This document shows positions 28,735-40,017 of a DNA stretch of 64,000 bases, one piece after another. A program made the position numbers and the translations under genes. Position 1 is the stretch's first letter. The number at the start of each line of letters is the position of its first letter. The notes under the pieces are model-generated. The model was given only the letters and a program-made list of their open reading frames with translations, did no database searches and had not been told where the DNA came from. Source of the DNA: Tubulanus polymorphus (lineage: Eukaryota > Animalia > Nemertea); assembly GCF_964204645.1 (NCBI RefSeq), contig NC_134028.1, positions 11,641,263 through 11,705,262 on the forward strand. The letters run 5' to 3'.

Positions 28735-28957
28735 TAAGGCTAAACAAAAATGATACCTTGTTTCTCCGCAGCGGCCAGGTCATTTTTGAAAATATGATAT
28801 AATTTATAAACAGTTCATTTCTATAGCGGCCGGGTCTGTTATGGTAAAATTGATCACGATTCAAAAAAAGTAATGTATAGGGTAGATAGGCGGCCGGCCG
28901 GGTCAACATTTAAGCTCAGCAGAGCGGAGAAGCAAGGTATCAATTTTTTTTGCCTTA
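28735..28957. mobile_element. MITE (Kolobok-like ends)
   Basis: TIRs TAAGGCTAAACAAAAATGATACCTTGTTTCTCCGC and GCGGAGAAGCAAGGTATCAATTTTTTTTGCCTTA. Confidence 0.72.
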
Positions 28958-29809
28958 CCTGTATTTAGTTTGTTCTTTCCTGCAATGTTTTGATCAAATT
29001 TGGGGTTATTTGATATAACGCCTAATGAAAATTTGTGCTTCTGGTATTCATAAAAGCTGAATTTGCCTCATCGACCTTCATTAATGAGTTCATATTTTGG
29101 GTATTTTAAATGGTCCACACGGGGGATGGAATGATATTTATGTTGCTGATACTTTAATTACTTCTATTTAGCATTGTGCTCAAATCTGAAGTTAATAGCC
29201 CCAGTATTTATTGAGAAATAGCTATTATAGCATGCGTATGTGTTGACTATCTATGAGCTGGCCCACTGGGTGCTAGGGTAATTTTTCTTTGGCACACTAT
29301 TTAAAACATACCAGGCATCATTGTGTCCAAATTTGAAGTTAATCAGACTAAGAATCACAAAGATATGGCCAATACTCATCAGGATCTTATCACAGATTTT
29401 GATCCTTTGTTTTATTCATTTCCCTTAATGTTAATGAACTAGCGGGGGTAAAAGTGCTATCTGCACCTCTCCGCGTAAACGGTTCAATCACTTACATTAA
29501 ATATCATTGTTTCAGATTCAAAATGTAATCAGCAATTCATTCAGCATTGCCATTGGTTAATTTAAGATATCTTCACAAGAAAGATTTTAGCCTGGATTCT
29601 GTCATTCAGTAGATTGCGTCAATCACGAGAGGTGCGGATCTGCACTTTTACCCTAGCGGGCTAATTATCAAACTTCGAAATGTAATAACTTCTGTTCTAA
29701 TAAAGATAGAAACAAAATTTAAAAACCACAGTACTCAGCTTTCAAAGCTCTATCAGGAAGAATGACTTTAGTTTATCTCTTTGTAGTTCTCAAAAATTGT
29801 ACAAGTGCC

Positions 29810-30434
29810 GGCGCTATTGCACTTTCGTACCCCCCTCCCAAAAATTTTTATTTCAGCATATTTATTATCAGGAAGGTCTAGGGATTCAAAATCAGTAACT
29901 TTTGACCCAAAAAACTTACTTTTTATAGGTTAAAATTTTGTTATTTTGGGCCCTAAATCGCGTGTAAATTCGCCGATTTGCGACGTCAACAACGCCATAT
30001 TGAATGTCAATCAAAGTTTCTAACCCTCCACTGAAATGTCATGACATTAAAACTTTGCAAAAACCATGTTTTTAAACATAACCATCTCTGAAAATGACGC
30101 TTATGTTTGCATTATTTTCATACTTAGCTATTTATTTAAAGATGGTTCTGATGAAGAAAAGTTATACGCCAAAAAAACGAAATTTTATCAATTCAATACA
30201 ATTAAATTTATTGAGATATATTCATTCAGATGTTTTTAGGTGGTAATTAGTGCGGAAACATGGCCGACCCGTCGGTTTGAATCGAGGAAATCGGCCCCAA
30301 ATTATCAGAATTTTGACTTGGAAAAAATTATTTTTTTGTCAAAAGTAATTTATTTTGACTCTTCAGACCTCCCTGATTAGTAATATGCAGAAATAAAAAT
30401 TTTTGGGAGGGGGGTACGAAAGTGCAATAGCGCC
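29810..30434. mobile_element. Merlin-type MITE, 625 bp
   Basis: ~65-bp TIRs starting GGCGCTATTGCACTTTCGTACCCCCCTCCCAAAAA, with a perfect 8-bp TSD CAAGTGCC (29802-29809 and 30435-30442). Confidence 0.85.
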
Positions 30435-31059
30435 CAAGTGCCTAGATAGGCCTATTAAAATACCCTAGGCCTAATGAATAACCATTATGGACACCTAAGC
30501 TGCAGTGGCTTGGCTTTACTATACCTTACACAGCTGTGCAAGTCTACTATTTTTATGTATAAGTGAGAAGTCATGTAATTCGCCGTATATCAATACGCCA
30601 GAACAATTATGGGGGCATCAGTGACTGTGACAAAGAGGGTGAAACACACATAGAATCAAGAGGTGACATTGGTGACAGTGACAATGAATGACACTACACC
30701 ACTGATATGGCGATGTTTAATGGAATTAGATTTAATTCATTTTTATCCAGCGCTTTGGAAATTATGAACTCCAAAAAATGAAAAGAAATACGTGTTGCAA
30801 TATTTCTATTAAAAGCCCAAATTTTATTTACAAATCACCAGTTCTATAAAAAGTCCATGTTTGCATTTACAATTATTCGTTTGATTAAACAGAAACCAAA
30901 CAGATATTAACATTTTATTAACAACTAAAGAAATTATCTATTTACAACTATCCAAAATTCAAATAATCTAAATACTTGGTTAACAGTCAATCACCGTCAA
31001 TTAAATAGAAATATTAATCACAAATTAAGAACACATTCACATAGACCTACCAACCTTTA

Positions 31060-32109
31060 TTATGGTACATTTATTTGATTTGATTTGTAAATTTTAGAAA
31101 CGTCTTTCAAAAAATGCAAAAAGGGATCTTCATCCCCAACACGACATCGCCACAAATAATGTCCAAGATACGAATCGAAATGGCCCTTCACTGTGCCATA
31201 CTTCGGGAAATTCTTCTTAGCATGTAGCCATTGATTCTCTATGAGATTTGTACACGCGTTTGTATCCGGATCTACAAACGTGACACTATGATTAACGGTC
31301 AAATGCTCAAAACCGCGTTGATTTAGGCTGGAATACGCTTTCCAGCAATCGCTCATGATTGTTGTTCCCGGTAGTATCCACTTTTCGATTATCGGTATCA
31401 GTGTATCACTATCACGTTTATCGACACTGACCATAAACACATTCTTATTATTTCCTCTCTCAATGCCGCCGAAAACCCATTGCCCATCGACGCATCGTCC
31501 TCGGTTGAATTTCCGTTTTCCGAACTTGCTTTCATCGATTTCCACTACTTTTCCTGGTCCGCCTATGGCTTTACAATTGTCAAAAACAACCAGTTCGCAA
31601 ACTTCACGGAAAAAACTAGCCCAGTCGACAATTGTTTTGCTGGATAAGCCCATTTCAGTCTGTATAACGGTCTGCTGTACTCCGCGCGATAACCAATACG
31701 TTATTTCTAATATCTCTGCGATCGTTAAGTTAGATTTAGAAAACCAACTGTCGGCTCGAACCGACTTAAACCGTTGGTGCAACACACTATCAACACGTTT
31801 TCGGCAACTCCACCGCCATCCTTCACTCGCAGATTTTTTGCTGACGTCGAATGACAATTTCATTTCATCATTACAAACCGGACACTGACGTGAAGCTGCA
31901 ATCAGATTACGATCCATTAACCAGTCAATAGTTCCACGTCTTGTATTCATGATTGTTCCAATTAATTCTTTATAGGTGATGACTTTTTTCTTATCGTCTC
32001 TCTCATAACTACAAGTCCAACTATCATCATTTTTCAATTTTTTACTTTCTGGCGAAATCATGTTTGTAGTTCCAAAAATGAGCCTAGTGCCAAACTCCAT
32101 ATTAGCCAA
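31060..32109 (-). CDS. Merlin / DDE_Tnp_IS1595 (ISXO2-like) transposase, uninterrupted 349 aa
   Basis: CPVC...WSC Zn ribbon, IGGPGKVVEIDESKFGKRK, WVFGGIER, PGTTIMSDCWKAY, HLTVNHS..FVDP, TNLIE. Confidence 0.95.
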   Translation of the reverse strand: MANMEFGTRLIFGTTNMISPESKKLKNDDSWTCSYERDDKKKVITYKELIGTIMNTRRGTIDWLMDRNLIAASRQCPVCNDEMKLSFDVSKKSASEGWRWSCRKRVDSVLHQRFKSVRADSWFSKSNLTIAEILEITYWLSRGVQQTVIQTEMGLSSKTIVDWASFFREVCELVVFDNCKAIGGPGKVVEIDESKFGKRKFNRGRCVDGQWVFGGIERGNNKNVFMVSVDKRDSDTLIPIIEKWILPGTTIMSDCWKAYSSLNQRGFEHLTVNHSVTFVDPDTNACTNLIENQWLHAKKNFPKYGTVKGHFDSYLGHYLWRCRVGDEDPFLHFLKDVSKIYKSNQINVP

Positions 32110-32673
32110 TTTTTAATTCGACCGTTCATAACCTTTCATTTCGGCTCATTTCTATTGGCCAAACTTTGATAACAAAGTATTATGGAACAATGAACGGTAA
32201 ACAGGTTAACCGCAAACAAATGTGGAAATATGATTACCACTAGTACTTCTTCAGCTTCGTTGAACAATGCATTGATTTCGATTTCTTTATTGCTTGTATT
32301 CAATATACCATGCATTAACACATTTGTTAGTGGGCTGCAGCCGTTAGTACAGGGCCTGTAATTATCAAAACCACTAGTTTTAAAATCCTACCTCAATTAC
32401 TAATTACCACTTTAATTTCGGTGTGACTATTTCCTGTCAAAGTTGCCTGTTTAGAATCTTGACCCAAGCAAATCGAATTAAGTACTAGCACTAAAACCCT
32501 AATTTGTCATTGTTTCTGCAATTGTTTACCGATACGTTGATAGTCAAGTTTCATTGACGCACTTAAATAGGCCTAACCATTTTCATTGGTTAATGAATTA
32601 TTGAATAACTAACTGACCATATAAAATGGTCATAATTTGTTCAATAGTTCACAGTTACCTTACTTTCCACGCC

Positions 32674-34591
32674 ATGGCTAGTAAACGTTTTTCTAAAAGT
32701 AGTATCTTCAAACTATATCAGAGTGCATATAAGATCAAATTCCAATGGGATTTAATATTACCTCCGGATGTGCTAGATCTGCTGAAATTATACGACAGAG
32801 CATACAATTGCAACTGTGATATTGCAATTCCGACGTTGTTAACGTGTATTGCGTCGATTGCTGGACCAAACACTCGTGTCAGTACAAAAGATGCCGGGTT
32901 CATCAGTCCTTTGAATAGCTACATGATGATAGTTGGTGATCCTGGATGTGGCAAATCGAATTGTTTCGAGCGGATTATCGAACCGTTTTCGGATTACTAT
33001 ACCGATGCAAATGCAGGAAATAACTTCATTTTGGAGACTTATTCTGTAGCCGGGGTACAGAAACACCAGGCTTTAAATTCTGGTTATGGACTTATCACGT
33101 CGGACGAAGGAGGTAGACTCCTCAAAGCTATTAACATAAAACAGAAAAATGGCGAAACTGAACGTGCGTTGCTTTGCAAAATGTGGGGAGGTCGGGGAGA
33201 TACTTCAACTTTATCCAACGGACAAAGAGGATTCAATAAAACATCAATGTCGATGAACGTCATGGTTCAGGCCGAACCACTTTTAATGGAACTAGTGCAA
33301 TTGTGTCGTGGGGACGGTTTTATAGACAGATTTACATTCTGTGTATGCAAACCCGAATTGCATCAACCTGAAGAAAACGTTAGAGCGCATCGCGAAGTGA
33401 TGAACTCCCCCTTGAAAAACGGGTTCAAAAGCATTCTGCAGTCTGTGTATGAAGTACACCTGAACAATAAGGTGACATACACATTATCTGATGAAAGTGA
33501 GAATTTGTTTAACGAAATCAGGAAAGAATACATCGATTACCTTCAACGCAGATACCACGAAAATATTGGTAAGTTGCTGAAACCATGGTTTTACCAATGG
33601 TCTTTAATCGTAAGGCTATGCATTCATTTTTACGTTTATTTTCATATTTCAGAAGAAAACCAAGAACAGAACGGCGATATATACGTGGCATCGTCAAAGG
33701 ATGCGACGCACATATTTCGGCTTGCTGCGTTACTGCATATATTCGTTGAGGCGATGATGCACACCATAAGGAGATCCGACAATAGATTCACCATTTCAGA
33801 AATTATTCCAATGCAACAAATGCAAGCTGCGAAAACACTTTTCAGAACAATGCAGCACCAGAAAGCTATATTTCTCGAGGTATGCATTCCCCAAATCAAA
33901 TTAATTTCATCACGTACGAAAAATGCATTGGCGCTAATCACTGAGAACCAATTTACTGCTCAATGGGTCTTAATAAAAAGTTCATTGCCCACACAAATTA
34001 TTAAACATTTACGACAATAATAACTACCGGTTAAACTAAATTATTTTTTCCATTTTGATTTACAGGCAGTGGAACATCACAATGCTGTAGATTCAATACA
34101 CGCGCCTCGCGTGTCATCATTTCCGCAAAAGATATCGAAGGCTTTGCTTTCGTCACAAGGACCCGTCACATCTGTACGCAACATTCACAGAGTTGTGAAA
34201 AGCTGTCTAGCAGAACAAGTTAAAGGTAATTATTATTGTTAGTACTAGTCAAACGTTTTATAGCTTCATTTTGCTGTTATTTTGGGCCGTCATTGACGCT
34301 GCCATAATCGATGAGCCTCATAATCCTCTTTTACTATCAGTTTCTAATTACTGAAACTTTATTTCAGGCGAATTACTGCAGTTGACCGAACGAGGATTCG
34401 GCCGAATTTACATTCTTGGAAGATCAGTATTCTTCATGAAACCGCATCCGGACACCGTGCAACTTCCTGAATATGACGATATTTTCAATTCTGGAATCGA
34501 CATTCAGCATTACAGTGAAAATTTCTCAAAGGATTGTTTACCTGAATTTATTACGCATTTACCAAAACATTACCAGCATGAACTATTGTAA
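32674..34591 (+). CDS. DUF3987/YfjI-like P-loop (AAA+-type) ATPase/helicase-like protein, 4 exons (32674-33568, 33653-33879, 34066-34225, 34368-34591)
   Basis: Walker A GDPGCGKS, Walker B-like LITSDEGG, VMVQ, and GFIDRF (Arg-finger-like). Three GT-AG introns have matching phases (1, 0, 1) and give a stop-free spliced ORF. The start context is gccATGG. Confidence 0.8.
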
Positions 34592-34913
34592 TTACATCTA
34601 TCGGCCCCATTTATACTATACCCCATTGTGAATAATATTATACCTTATTCATACCATAAGAAACTTACTTGAATAGCGATTAATAGTTATCACATTGTCA
34701 CTTTTGAAAAATTTTTCAATGTAAATATATTCGATTGGAATAAATAATTGAGTCCTAATAGTGATTAACAATTATCACATTTTCACTTTTAAAAACTCAT
34801 ATGGCTGGCTGTTTTCTAGACATTTCTGCATGGTTTTCTTGGATGCAACTCAACCATTTTGGGGGGAGGGATGCGGAGCTGGAAAAATATCCCCGGAGAT
34901 GTATCCTAGAGAG

Positions 34914-35130
34914 GTCACTGTCCCCGATGTCACTCTATGTCACTGTCCCCGATGTCACTCTATGTCACTGTCCCACCCGATGTCACTCTATGTCACTGTC
35001 CCCGATGTCACTCTATGTCACTGTCCCCGATGTCACTCTATGTCACTGTCCCCGATGTCACCCTATGTCACTGTCCCCGATGTCACTCTATGTCACTGTC
35101 CCCCATGTCACCCGATGTCACTGTCCCCAT
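34914..35130 (+). repeat. 25-bp minisatellite, Merlin subterminal repeat
   Basis: About 8-9 copies of GTCACTGTCCCCGATGTCACTCTAT. A degenerate inverted copy (GTGACATTGGTGACAGTGAC) lies near the other end at ~30663. Confidence 0.92.
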
Positions 35131-35366
35131 TGTCAATGTCATAAAATGTCAGAAAAAGTAGTTCCACATTTGAGTAAGAGAGTGAGAATACGTTACATAT
35201 TTATATATTCTCAATTGCTGTGTAAGGGATAGTAAAGGTGCACCGCTGCAGTCGCTCCCTTCCTTAAAAATAGGCCTATCTTAAAAATGCATTAACTGTT
35301 AAAGAGTGACATACCACGAGAAAAAAAAGAACAGCGAAAGAGAAAATAATCAAAAAGTTAGCTTAC

Positions 35367-35385
35367 TTTTCCTAGTGACTTCCAT
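35367..35385 (-). CDS. PARN: PARN coding exon 1 (MEVTRK/N)
   Basis: Minus strand reads tcaaaATGGAAGTCACTAGGAAAA|gtaagct. The 19-nt exon ends in phase 1, matching exon 2, and resembles the PARN N-terminus (human MEIIRSN). It is short, so support comes from phase and homology. Confidence 0.8.
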
Positions 35386-36993
35386 TTTGAATGTTTGCCT
35401 CACGCCACCTATATGAAGGGTAACCGCTAAACACCGAATCGCAGATAGGCCGAATTATGGAAGACCTAAGATTACATTCTGTATGGAAGCCCTGAGACGA
35501 CACGTTGGGTTCATGAGTTCCCCAGTTCATAACTTCCAGAGTTTATGATATTTCGGGTTTATTTGGGCATGTACAACACTATGAAATTATGCGACATGAA
35601 GAATCCTATTATAAGGATATTAAATCCGTTTACGTCATCAATTAACTACAAAAATGATGTCCCGCATCAACCAAGACTGGTTGACTGTGTCCAATTCTGC
35701 ACTGGCAGTCAACTGAAGTCGACCGGCAACCAGTCTATCATCAGCATCTGCATTCTTGATGGTTTATAGAAAATAAATAGATGTTTAGAAATTTATAATA
35801 GCATTTGTTTTCTTTTTCGTCATTAAAACCCGAGCAGACACATCGAGAGTCACCAGATATTAGGAGTCACCCTCTTCACTAGCCCGCGCACAAAAAATCG
35901 GAGCCACCCGAGCTACCTGCTAGAGGAGGAACGGAGGCGCCCTTCAACATGCCATTAATCGCTGGTTATTCAGTGTCGTCTGAGCCTGAGACGTGGGTCT
36001 TTGATAGAGCATCGCGTTTACATTCGACGTTTTGCTATCGCAGGCTTTTTTGTCATTAGACGAACTCATGAACTTGAGAACTACGGAAATTGTGAACTCG
36101 GAACTCATGAACTCAAGATGTCGTCTCAGGGCTTCCATAAATCTCATCTTCACCCGTCAAGGGATTCGAACCCACTACGCTCCCAATCAATCGCTTGCCG
36201 GTTCAGACTGAATGGAAGATTGTTTGGATGAACCGGAACCGAATTTCCAATTATGTACTTCGATTTAAAAATATTCTGTTAACTCGACCGCCGATCACAC
36301 ATCTATATCTGTACTTCGATTTCCGATTTCAAAATCAAACCCCCTGTTTCGCTCCCGGCAGGTGTGTGGGTCTGTAAGGGACACTCAATCGAAAAATCAA
36401 ACAAAATTTTCCAGCCAAATAAATAAATAATGGGGACAATCCCTGTGTGCAACATATAGCAGGCTGATGATGATCCACCAGTCAATAAAATACTTGATCA
36501 TTGAGAAAGCTGTTCCCCGAACCCCTTGACCCCACGAGTCGTTGGAGTCGTTACTAGCCGACCAGAATCCGGTCGTACCAATTACAGCGCTTGTAACAAA
36601 CCGTCAGTAGACTTCTGTTGGTTTCCCGTTAAATTGACCAATCAGCGAACGTTTTACCGAACAAGGAAGTATTTCGCAAATCGATATATGACGTCACGCG
36701 CAACAGCGCCAGTAATGAAACCACGCTTCGTGAGGCCAGTATTAGGAAAGTTATATTCATTCAATAATTTATGAGTAACAGCAGCTGTAGGTTTAGAGCA
36801 AATTCATAGTTCCTGGTATCGTTGATAAACTCAGTTTGAACCGAACTAATTCAGCCGTGAAAACCATTCAGTTTTGGGTCGCCAGTTCTCCATAAATCAT
36901 TGTTTTAATATCAGATCAGCATATGGTTTTCACATTAGTTTCAGTTGCTACCAGGGACTATAATCACTGAATTAATAAATTTAAACAGTTGCT

Positions 36994-37286
36994 GTTATCA
37001 TAAAAGGGAATTCATATAGTTGGTGCTCGCGCGACGTGGCAGTTTCGTGGCAGTTTCGCGAGTGCCTATATAAGGGAGGTCCCTAAAACAGAGAGACACA
37101 GAAAGAGAGGGAGAGACAGAAAGATAGAGAACATCGGAACTGGAACAGCCATAAGCAGTAGAAAAATAAAAGCGTAATATCAACTGGAGAAGAGTCTTTC
37201 CAACTTTCCATTTACTATCACCAGGGGGCTGGTGGAAGCGAGTTCGGGAGTGATACCAGACCCCTGGCAAGCGAGGATGATAATTC
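36994..37286 (+). mobile_element. Possible solo LTR
   Basis: TGTTATCAT...ATGATAAT near-inverted ends, CTATATAAG, a GA-rich tract and AATAAA. No TSD was found. Confidence 0.35.
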
Positions 37287-37708
37287 TGAGTTCATCAATT
37301 CACGAGAGTAATAGGGATAATAGGCTTTCAAGCCAAAGGTCGAACGGTCGAGCTCGTAAAAAATGAAAAACATGAAAATAATAACAATTTCTACTTGAAT
37401 TACTCGCGAAACTCATAAAAAATGAAAAATAATTCTCGCACACTCGAATTTATTTTTCATTTTCTACTCGCTAGAAAAAGTGTGAGTGAAATAATTCATA
37501 TTTTAACAGATTTCGAGTAAAAATATAAGTAAAATAAATGGATAACTAAACGAATATAAAAGTGTGAGTAAAGTGTGAGTGAAATAGTTTATATTTTAAA
37601 CATATTTCAATATTTATATTTGTATGAGTTAGATTTTTAAACATTAAAAGTGTGAGTAAAGTGTGAGTGAAATAATTCATATTTAGAACCGTGAACATTT
37701 ATATTTGA

Positions 37709-38359
37709 ATGAGTTTTAATAAAAATTTTGTTATGAAAATGAAGAAAGAAGAAGAAGAACCCAACTTTAAAATCGAAATCAATGAAACCAATAAATCATT
37801 TTCACAGTTTAACATTAAAAATTATATTTCAGCAACAAATTTAGTGTCCGCAAGGCATTATAAAATTGAAAATATTACTATAATTAATCAAATATTATCA
37901 AATGAAACATATTTAATTACTAAACTAGTAGATACCTTTGATAATGGCATTAAAAATCCTAAAATGTTCAATACAGTTTTTAATTTTAAAGGAACTTTAG
38001 ATGAAAACATAATTAATATTCTTAAAACTCCTTTAAATGAAAGAAATGATGATATAATACTTTCAAAAGATTACAATGATTTGATTAACTTAAGAATTGA
38101 AAAAAGACAATTATATTATTTCAATTTTGATAATAAACAAATTATCTATAATGAAAATTCATCAAATATTGGTATTCAATGTGAATTAGATAATGAAAAA
38201 TCATTTAAAGATATTGCAGTTCAATGTAATTTAGATGATGAATTTAGAAAATTCAATCCTAATGAAAAAGTGCATTGTTATTGCGGAGGTAAATATTTAA
38301 AATCACATAAATCAAAGCATTATGAAACAATTAAACATAAAAACTGGCGTAAAGAGTAA
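37709..38359 (+). CDS. Viral protein with a C-terminal Zn finger
   Basis: 216 aa. Ends KVHCYCGGKYLKSHKSKHYETIKH, the CxC-H-H type seen in large DNA viruses. Confidence 0.65.
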   Translation: MSFNKNFVMKMKKEEEEPNFKIEINETNKSFSQFNIKNYISATNLVSARHYKIENITIINQILSNETYLITKLVDTFDNGIKNPKMFNTVFNFKGTLDENIINILKTPLNERNDDIILSKDYNDLINLRIEKRQLYYFNFDNKQIIYNENSSNIGIQCELDNEKSFKDIAVQCNLDDEFRKFNPNEKVHCYCGGKYLKSHKSKHYETIKHKNWRKE

Positions 38360-38411
38360 CAATTCTACATTATAATTATTGAATTGAGTTAAATGATTTA
38401 AATATCTAATA

Positions 38412-39736
38412 GACTGTTGAAATGATAAATTGTTTGACAGTTGAAATGATAAATTGTTTGACAGTTGAAATGATAAATTGTTTGACAATTGAAATGATAA
38501 ATTGTTTGACAATTGAAATGATAAATTGTTTGACAGTTGAAATGATAAATTGTTTGACAGTTGAAATGATAAATTGTTCGACAGTTGAAATGATAAATTG
38601 TTTGACAGTTGAAATGATAAATTGTTTGACAGTTGAAATGATAAATTGTTCGACTGTTGAAATGATAAATTGTTTGACAGTTGAAATGATAAATTGTTTG
38701 ACAGTTGAAATGATAAATTGTTTGACAGTTGAAATGATAAATTGTTTGACAGTTGAAATGTTAAATTGTTTGACAGTTGAAATGATAAATTGTTTGACAG
38801 TTGAAATGTTAAATTGTTTGACAGTTGAAATGATAAATTGTTTGACAGTTGAAATGATAAATTGTTTGACAGTTGAAATGATAAATTGTTTGGCAGTTGA
38901 AATGATAAGACAGCTGAAATGATAAATTGTTTGAAAGTTGAAATGATAAATTGTTTGACAGTTGAAATGATAAATTGTTTGACAGCTGAAATGATAAATT
39001 GTTTGACAGTTGAAATGATAAATTGTTTGACAGTTGAAATGATAAATTGTTTGACAGTTGAAATGATAAATTGTTTGACAGTTGAAATGATAAATTGTTT
39101 GACAGTTGAAATGATAAGACAGCTGAAATGATAAATTGTTTGACAGTTGAAATGATAAATTGTTTGACAGCTGAAATGATAAATTGTTTGACAGTTGAAA
39201 TGATAAATTGTTTGACAGTTGAAATGATAAATTGTTTGACAGTTGAAATGTTAAATTGTTTGACAGTTGAAATGATAAATTGTTTGACAGTTGAAATGAT
39301 AAATTGTTTGACAGTTGAAATGATAAATTGTTCGACTGTTGAAATGATAAATTGTTTGACAGTTGAAATGATAAATTGTTTGACAGTTGAAATGATAAAT
39401 TGTTTGACAGTTGAAATGATAAATTGTTTGACAGTTGAAATGATAAATTGTTTGACAGTTGAAATGATAAATTGTTTAACAGTTGAAATGATAAATTGTT
39501 TGACAGTTGAAATTTAAATTGTTTGACAGTTGAAATGATAATTGTTTGACAGTTGAAATGATAAATTGTTTGGCAGTTGAAATGATAAATTGTTTGACAG
39601 TTGAAATGATAAATTGTTCGACTGTTGAAATGATAAGACAGTTGAAATGATAAATTGTTTAACAGTTGAAATGTTAAATTGTTTGGCAGTTGAAATGATA
39701 AATTGTTTGGCAGTTGAAATGATAAGACAGCTGAAA
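38412..39736 (+). repeat. 24-bp tandem array, ~55 copies
   Basis: Unit GACAGTTGAAATGATAAATTGTTT, near-perfect, without spacers. Four shortened 17-bp units are present. Confidence 0.97.
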
Positions 39737-39751
39737 TTTTCTCCTAAATAA

Positions 39752-39970
39752 ATGGATGGTTTCATCCCAACTGGGAAAGGTGATTTGAAACATTATTTAG
39801 TAGCAGGTGGATTAATATTGGCTGCGCTTTTCTTTTATTATGAAAATATCAGTAAGGATTTGATTAATGAAAATATAGAATTGAGCAAGAAATTAAAGAA
39901 GTTAAATGGAAACAATCACAGAAATAAAAAGAATAAAAAAGTTAATGATTTAAATGATTTGGAGGATTAA
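39752..39970 (+). CDS. Small viral membrane protein
   Basis: TAAATAAATG start; hydrophobic YLVAGGLILAALFFYY followed by a charged tail. Confidence 0.55.
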   Translation: MDGFIPTGKGDLKHYLVAGGLILAALFFYYENISKDLINENIELSKKLKKLNGNNHRNKKNKKVNDLNDLED

Positions 39971-40017
39971 AACAACATCTTTTAATTTAATTTATTCTAT
40001 ATATTTTGTCTATAAAA

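Larger units (their letters stand above)
30507..35244. mobile_element. Full-length Merlin (IS1595/ISXO2-like) DNA transposon with a cargo gene
   Basis: Perfect 8-bp TSD GCTGCAGT (30499-30506 and 35245-35252). Imperfect TIRs GG-N6-TTTACTAT(A/C)CCTTACACAGC. Encloses the transposase and a divergent spliced gene. Confidence 0.9.

Noticed and set aside
31355-31888. 177-aa antisense ORF over the transposase, and similar antisense ORFs over BEL pol and the viral genes
   Set aside because: These are shadow ORFs with no recognisable motifs.
32626-34020. Single-exon 464-aa ORF as given in the track
   Set aside because: It reads through an 84-bp in-frame intron and into intron 2; the spliced 4-exon model fits better.
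34761-35232. Cys/His-rich ORFs in three frames
   Set aside because: They are translations of the 25-bp minisatellite.
36150-36215. tRNA gene suggested by a GGTTCGAATCCC B-box (also at ~6336 and ~22045)
   Set aside because: No cloverleaf can be built; these are probably SINE or repeat remnants.
38412-39736. CRISPR-like array or (MINCLTVE)n protein genes
   Set aside because: The units are contiguous with no unique spacers, there are no cas genes, and the context is eukaryotic. The ORFs arise because a 24-bp unit is stop-free in one frame.
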